A stretch of 40,308 nucleotides of DNA. Origin: Coriobacteriia bacterium. Lineage in GTDB: Bacteria; Actinomycetota; Coriobacteriia; Anaerosomatales; JAAXUF01. Below, piece after piece: positions 35,985 to 40,308 of the stretch (positions are counted from its first letter, which is position 1; each line of letters opens with the position of its first letter). The stretch lies in assembly GCA_037140395.1 (NCBI GenBank), contig JBAXEO010000002.1, positions 1 to 40,308 of the forward strand, read 5' to 3'. Under the pieces are notes generated by a model. That model was not told the origin of the DNA and ran no database searches. It worked only from the letters and a program-made list of their open reading frames with translations. The position numbers were made by a program, and so were the translations under genes.

Positions 35985-38360
35985 CTACTTCACGCGGGTG
36001 GCGTTCCACGGATCGGTGTTGGTCCATTGACTGTTGGAGTCCTCCTCGCGTGTCTCCTTCCCGGTGATCTTGTCGCCCTCCAGCACTCCAGTCATGACCA
36101 CTTTCCCTCCGTCGATGGCCGGGACGGCGATGGTCACGTTCTTGCCAACGAGGGTGACCGTCGATTTACCGGCTGCCCACTTGTCAGTTAGTGCGTATCC
36201 ACTGCTCGTTTCGACGATGCTGAACGTGAGCATCCCCCCAGTCTTCTGGTTCAGGAAATACTCCGGATACGCCCACGTTCCCGCGAGCGTGCTCGGCTGG
36301 ATGGTGATGACACTGGCTGCACCATTATCTTGGCGAGTGACCCTGATCGTGCCCTGGGCCTTGGGCAGCGTGACGTTCCACTTGGACTCGCCGGCGCCGG
36401 CTAGGAACTGCTCGGTGTTCCCGCCGAAAGCACTGCTCTCGCCGAACACCTGGATCTTGACCTTCGTGCCCTTCTCGCCGGCTGCACCCACGATGCCTCT
36501 GACTGCGTACTCACCGGGCTCGCCGGTGACCGCCACCCCATCGACGACGCCCATCTTCTCCAGCGTCTCAGCCGTCAGCGGCGGCAGGCCCTTGGCTGCG
36601 CGCAGGTCGTTGATGACCTTGAGCACGGCCAAGTCGACCGCGAGAATCCTCCCGCCCATGTCCTGGGCGATGGGATGGGAGTGCGGGTTCTTGGGGTCGG
36701 AGGCGTCCGTAACTCCCCCGCGCGCGGTCTCCGAGAGGATCTGCTTAATCTGACCTGCGGAGAGCTTGGGGTTAAGCGATCTAAGGATCGCGGCGGCGCC
36801 TGTCACCTGGGGTGCGGCGAAACGGCTCCCGTCCTGTCGCTCGGCACCACCGTCGGACTTGAGGCCGACGACTGCCTGTGTTCCCGGGGCGCCTAGGGTG
36901 ATCTCGTAGTTCGGGCTCGCCTTGTCGGCGTATGTCGCGGTAGTGCCGTCGTTGTTCAGGGCTCCCACTGTGATCATGTTCGGCAGCTTCAACCCGCTCG
37001 GGAAGCGTTTCGACCCGTCCATGACTTTGCCGTCGTTGCCGCCCGAACACACGAAGAGCACGTTGGGATGCTTGGTCGACATCTTCGTGAAGAACCTGGT
37101 GTAGGCCGCAACGGTTCCCGTCGACGCATTGGAGTTGCCCCAAGAACAGTTGATGACGGTGGCGCCGCTCTCGATCTGCTTGGTGAGGGCAACAAGATCT
37201 CCGACTGCGTAAGTCTTGCCGCCCTTCCCGACGGTCTTGGTCGGATCGTTGGGGTCTGGTGCCGCTTGCGCATTCTGACCGTACTGGCCGGAGTAGGCGT
37301 TGAGTACCGAAACGGTGAGCTTGTCGCCGAGAGGACCGGCCACGCCAGACGGCCCGCCGTTGTCCGGGTTCGCGGCGAGGAGCGTACTCACGCCAGTGCC
37401 GTGGTTGCCTGCCGGGTTGATGGTTCCGTCGGGGTAGACCTCGGGACTTGCGAGTATCCCTGCTGCCGGGTCGGGGAACTCGATCTTGACTTTGCCGCCC
37501 TCGAACTCGTTTTCGGCTCCCTTGCCCGGGAGATAGAGCCCGTCGTCAACCACGCCGACCCTCACGGGGCCGAGTTCGAGGCCCGCACCTTTGACATACG
37601 TCCAGGCCTTGCTAACGCCGATGGCCTTGTAGCCGTCACCTGCACCGTTGTCATAGATCGGGTCGTTGTAGGGATCAACGCGCACACCCCAGATCTCGGC
37701 GTCTAAGTACACCTGCTGGTTGGGGAACGCCCCATCGACCTTGTCGGCGGTTTGCGCCTTGGTGAGCGCGGCGGCGAGGTCGGCCTCGTTCTTGCCGGGG
37801 AACTCAATTTGGTAGACGTCCGCGTATTCGACCTCACCGACGATCGTGCCGCCGAGCGTCTTGGCGGCCTTCTCGGCGTCGGAGCGCTTGGCGTCCTTGG
37901 CCATCAGCAGGCAGACCTGGTTGGCGGGCACCTCGCCCCATGCGGCGGTCTGGATGAGCGACGCGCGGTCGGGGACCTTGGCTGTGGCCACGCCGAGGTC
38001 TGGCCCGCCGTTGCCGGGGCCACCCCGCAGGAATAGGAGCGAGCCGACGCCGACGCCTCCGAGGATGAGCACCGCGACCGCGATGGCGGTGGCGATGAGC
38101 CAGACGCGGTTCTTGGGCGTCGGAGGCAACGTCGACTGTGGCGCCGAGAACGTTGGCTGTGGGGCCGCCGGTACCACCGTCAATCCGGAAATGGCGCCGG
38201 CCAGTGTCCACTCGGCCATACTCTCGTGCCACACATAGTCAGTCGCTTGGAGTCGGCCCTCACTGGCGAATGCGACGAGTTCGGCCCACGAATAGGGGCC
38301 GCCCTCCCATTCGGACGCGCCGTCGCGGCGTCCAACATGCCACCCCATTGTGCGGTCCAT
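35985..38360 (-). CDS. Membrane-anchored subtilisin-like (S8) peptidase homologue with cytosolic GYF_2 domain and C-terminal ATRVK-ending module (copy 3)
   Basis: GYF_2: WHVGRRDGASEWEGGPYSWAELVAFASEGRLQATDYVWHESMAEWTLAG. TM helix VWLIATAIAVAVLILGGVGVGSLLFL. S8 motifs: VGVVDDGL (Asp), GNHGTGVSTLLAA (His), VINCSWGNS (Asn), but GSRFAAPQVTGAAAIL where GTSxAAP is expected. C-terminus AGTWAY..SSGYALTD..LVGKNVTI..GVLEGDKITG..DPWNATRVK-stop. ATG 38360 follows GAGGGGG. Confidence 0.85.
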   Translation of the reverse strand: MDRTMGWHVGRRDGASEWEGGPYSWAELVAFASEGRLQATDYVWHESMAEWTLAGAISGLTVVPAAPQPTFSAPQSTLPPTPKNRVWLIATAIAVAVLILGGVGVGSLLFLRGGPGNGGPDLGVATAKVPDRASLIQTAAWGEVPANQVCLLMAKDAKRSDAEKAAKTLGGTIVGEVEYADVYQIEFPGKNEADLAAALTKAQTADKVDGAFPNQQVYLDAEIWGVRVDPYNDPIYDNGAGDGYKAIGVSKAWTYVKGAGLELGPVRVGVVDDGLYLPGKGAENEFEGGKVKIEFPDPAAGILASPEVYPDGTINPAGNHGTGVSTLLAANPDNGGPSGVAGPLGDKLTVSVLNAYSGQYGQNAQAAPDPNDPTKTVGKGGKTYAVGDLVALTKQIESGATVINCSWGNSNASTGTVAAYTRFFTKMSTKHPNVLFVCSGGNDGKVMDGSKRFPSGLKLPNMITVGALNNDGTTATYADKASPNYEITLGAPGTQAVVGLKSDGGAERQDGSRFAAPQVTGAAAILRSLNPKLSAGQIKQILSETARGGVTDASDPKNPHSHPIAQDMGGRILAVDLAVLKVINDLRAAKGLPPLTAETLEKMGVVDGVAVTGEPGEYAVRGIVGAAGEKGTKVKIQVFGESSAFGGNTEQFLAGAGESKWNVTLPKAQGTIRVTRQDNGAASVITIQPSTLAGTWAYPEYFLNQKTGGMLTFSIVETSSGYALTDKWAAGKSTVTLVGKNVTIAVPAIDGGKVVMTGVLEGDKITGKETREEDSNSQWTNTDPWNATRVK

Positions 38361-38420
38361 CGCTTCGCCCCCTCTGCCCACTAGCCTACCCACGCGGGCG
38401 TTCGTCGAAGCCGCCGAGGA

Positions 38421-38759
38421 CTACGCAAGCATCGAGAGCCCCCACTGCGCCACCCAGAGCACGGCCATCCCCACAGTGAGCGTCGCGAGCACGTTCTTGG
38501 TGCGCAGCGCAATGACCATCGCCATGGCGGCCGCCAGGATGCGAGCCGGTGCGATCGTGTAGGTGGCGCCGGAATGCACGTAGATCGAGCTCGGGATGAC
38601 GAGCGCGGTGAGCGCAGCGACTGGGACGTGCTTGAGGAACCGCTCGAGCCATGGTGGATGCGGGACATGTCCGTGGAGCATGATCGGCAGACTTCGCATC
38701 AGCCACGTGCCCAGAGCTAGCAGGACGATGAGCACCCAGAACTGCGATTGTGCGCTCAT
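38421..38759 (-). CDS. azlD: Branched-chain amino acid transport protein AzlD
   Basis: 112 aa with four TM helices: MSAQSQFWVLIVLLALGTWLMRSLPIML..VPVAALTALVIPS. ATGA overlap with the azlC stop. The longer 276-aa track ORF is an out-of-context extension into azlC. Confidence 0.8.
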   Translation of the reverse strand: MSAQSQFWVLIVLLALGTWLMRSLPIMLHGHVPHPPWLERFLKHVPVAALTALVIPSSIYVHSGATYTIAPARILAAAMAMVIALRTKNVLATLTVGMAVLWVAQWGLSMLA

Positions 38760-39457
38760 GTGCCCTCGCCCTCGGCCGCTGGGCGGTCGCGCCAGGCTCC
38801 GTAAAGCATCCCGACGAGAATTGCGACCACGAGACCCGACTGCATCGGCAGCAGCGGTACCAGCACGGCAGCAGCGACGGCGGTAACCACGCAGACCTGG
38901 ACGGCGACGGAGTCCTTCAGAGCCGGCGCCAGCATCGCGAGAAACACCAGCGGCACGGCGAACTCCAGCCCCCAAGAGGGCGGGATCAGCGGGCCGATGA
39001 GTGCGCCGGCTATCGAGGACAGTTGCCAAACGCTCGCGAGTGCGAGCCACGCACCCACGTAGTACGGAATCACGTCGACGTCGGTACGAAAGCGTCCCTT
39101 GGTCATCGTCGAGGCGTAGTTCTGATCGACCAGCATGTGGCCGAGGATTGGCCGGAGCCAGCCGGGGGCGTCGGAGAGGACGGGTGCGAGCGACGTACTG
39201 TAGATGAACATGCGCACGTTGACGATGAGCGCCGTTGCCAGCGCGAGCCACAGTGGCGCGCCGCTCCCGAACAGTGTGGTGGCGACGATCTGCGAGGCAC
39301 CGGCGTTGACGAACAGCGACATCCCAATCGCCTCGGGAAGGCCGAATCCAGCTTGGATGACTGCCGCGCCCGCGACCAGACCGAACGGCACGATGCCGAC
39401 AAGGATAGGCGCGATTTCCTTCGCGCCCGCGAGCATGCTGTGCGACCTGCGTGACAA
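38756..39457 (-). CDS. azlC: AzlC family branched-chain amino acid exporter subunit
   Basis: EIAPILVGIVPFGLVAGAAVIQAGF..MSLFVNAGASQIVATTL..LIVNVRMFIYSTSLAP..HMLVDQNYA. TTG 39457 lies 6 nt after a perfect AAGGAG. Confidence 0.85.
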   Translation of the reverse strand: MSRRSHSMLAGAKEIAPILVGIVPFGLVAGAAVIQAGFGLPEAIGMSLFVNAGASQIVATTLFGSGAPLWLALATALIVNVRMFIYSTSLAPVLSDAPGWLRPILGHMLVDQNYASTMTKGRFRTDVDVIPYYVGAWLALASVWQLSSIAGALIGPLIPPSWGLEFAVPLVFLAMLAPALKDSVAVQVCVVTAVAAAVLVPLLPMQSGLVVAILVGMLYGAWRDRPAAEGEGT

Positions 39458-39509
39458 AGAAAGCTCCTTGGCGGAGTCGGTGGAGTGCGCTGGAGCGGTT
39501 GGCGACGGG

Positions 39510-39956
39510 CTAGATGCTCTTGTGTCGCCCCAGTACCCGGTCCCATGCCGAGAGGGCTTTGAGCTGCTCGACGCGGAGGCGCTGAAGATCGAGGTCGGCC
39601 GCCAGCGCGAGGACGCGTGCGTGCTCCGCCTCGAGGGCCTTCTGCTGTTCTTGCGCGATAGCGCGCTCCCAGGCGACCTGTGCGAGCAGGTTGGCGCGCT
39701 CGCCCTCCAGCTGCGTGAAGCGGGCGATCATCGCGGCTCCGCCGGAACTGGGGTCCTCGGCAGCGCGCGCGGCGAGCGCCTCGACGTCGGCGGCTGTCAG
39801 GGCGAACCGGCCGTTGCGCTTGCTGCCGATGCGCGTGGGACAGATGAGGTCTGAGGCGATCTGGGCGCGGATCCAGCGGGCGGTTACGCCGAGGTCCTCG
39901 GCGGCTCGTCTGATACTGACGGTGTCTGGTGCCGCTACCGGATGCTTCTTGGCCAC
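39510..39956 (-). CDS. Helix-turn-helix (MerR/excisionase-like) protein with C-terminal coiled coil
   Basis: VSIRRAAEDLGVTARWIRAQIASDLICPTRIGSKRNGRFALTAADVEAL, then a heptad-like stretch ARFTQLEGERANLLAQVAWERAIAQEQQKALEAEHARVLALAADLDLQRLRVEQL. GTG 39956 follows GAGGGAGAG. The track start at 40130 is unlikely. Confidence 0.65.
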   Translation of the reverse strand: MAKKHPVAAPDTVSIRRAAEDLGVTARWIRAQIASDLICPTRIGSKRNGRFALTAADVEALAARAAEDPSSGGAAMIARFTQLEGERANLLAQVAWERAIAQEQQKALEAEHARVLALAADLDLQRLRVEQLKALSAWDRVLGRHKSI

Positions 39957-40039
39957 GTCGTCTCTCCCTCTGCGTCGGATCCTCTTTCGGACCCATTGTA
40001 GCCAGACTCTGCGCCAGCGTGGGGAGGCGTGCTGGCTGG

Positions 40040-40060
40040 GTAGAATCATCAGTAGAATCA
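40040..40060. promoter_or_regulatory. Tandem direct repeat GTAGAATCA x2 in a divergent intergenic region
   Basis: GTAGAATCA at 40040-40048 and 40052-40060, period 12 nt. Each copy contains a -10-like TAGAAT. It lies between the HTH gene (-) and the CDGSH gene (+). Confidence 0.3.
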
Positions 40061-40142
40061 GCGGCTGCCCGGCGCAGTGCGCGGCGGATGCCGGGGAATC
40101 GACATCGAAGGGCAGAGTGCGCACATGCAACCGGCCGATGGC

Positions 40143-40308
40143 ATGAGAATCAAGATCACTAGGGACGGTCCCTACACCGTCAGCGGCAGCGTCCCGATGT
40201 CTGTCGAGTCCATCGCCGTGGACTCCGATGGCGAGTCCCAGTCCTGGCAGGTCGAGTCCCGACTGGCCGAGAAGGAGCAGTGCGGACTCTGCCGCTGCGG
40301 CAAGTCAG
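40143..40308 (+). CDS. CDGSH iron-sulfur domain-containing protein (5' part; continues beyond the window)
   Basis: My translation from ATG 40143 gives MRIKITRDGPYTVSGSVPMSVESIAVDSDGESQSWQVESRLAEKEQCGLCRCGKS.., the usual lead-in to the C-x-C-x2-(S/T)-x3-P-x-C-D-G-(S/A/T)-H motif. That motif itself would lie just past the window end. Confidence 0.7.
   Translation, partial: MRIKITRDGPYTVSGSVPMSVESIAVDSDGESQSWQVESRLAEKEQCGLCRCGKS

Noticed and set aside
35985-36010. PW(T/N)ATRVK C-terminus as a C-terminal sorting signal (sortase, PEP-CTERM or GlyGly-CTERM type)
   Set aside because: No hydrophobic helix or basic anchor follows the motif, and the protein ends immediately. It is more likely the last beta-strand of a folded module.
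39103-39996. 297-aa minus-strand ORF across azlC and the HTH gene
   Set aside because: It is Arg/Pro-rich (about one third Arg) and out of frame with two ORFs that have clear family motifs and SD sites.

Overview
High-GC (roughly 65%) bacterial chromosomal segment. It looks like an actinobacterium-type Gram-positive: PASTA domains, many lipobox lipoproteins, frequent GTG/TTG starts behind strong Shine-Dalgarno sites, and 1-4 nt start/stop overlaps. I call about 36 protein-coding genes. I recognised no rRNA, tRNA, CRISPR array or IS/transposase. Gene order, left to right: (1) MarR plus a two-gene ABC exporter operon (-). (2) A tandem alpha/beta-hydrolase fused to an HdeD-like membrane domain, then a second esterase (-). 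(3) An orphan arginine deiminase, a translationally coupled cytochrome-b / ATC-hydrolase-like pair, and an EEP phosphoesterase (+). (4) A kinase-less PASTA membrane protein (-) divergent from typA (+). (5) An N-terminally short YhcG/DUF1016 nuclease and three lipoproteins: PLD/HKD, DUF3089 and acetolactate-decarboxylase-like (-). (6) An EamA transporter and a second PASTA-only protein (+). (7) A P2-type cation ATPase (-). (8) A bidirectional polyphosphate locus, DUF2252-PPK2 on the minus strand and CHAD-PPX-PPK1 on the plus strand, followed by a SulP/STAS permease. (9) A seven-gene co-directional envelope cluster (32.2-38.4 kb) of lipoproteins, a zinc-ribbon membrane protein and a GYF-anchored S8 peptidase. 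(10) HTH-AzlC-AzlD (-) and a partial CDGSH gene (+). Most noteworthy: three proteins in the envelope cluster share an unnamed C-terminal module ending in PW(T/N)ATRVK-stop. One of them is an S8 peptidase whose catalytic Ser position reads Arg. The DUF2252 gene co-transcribed with ppk2 carries kinase-like catalytic motifs. The CHAD gene is split by an apparent +1 frameshift. All family calls rest on motif recognition by eye, with no database search, and most start codons were reassigned from the ORF track using SD sites and homology-typical N-termini.
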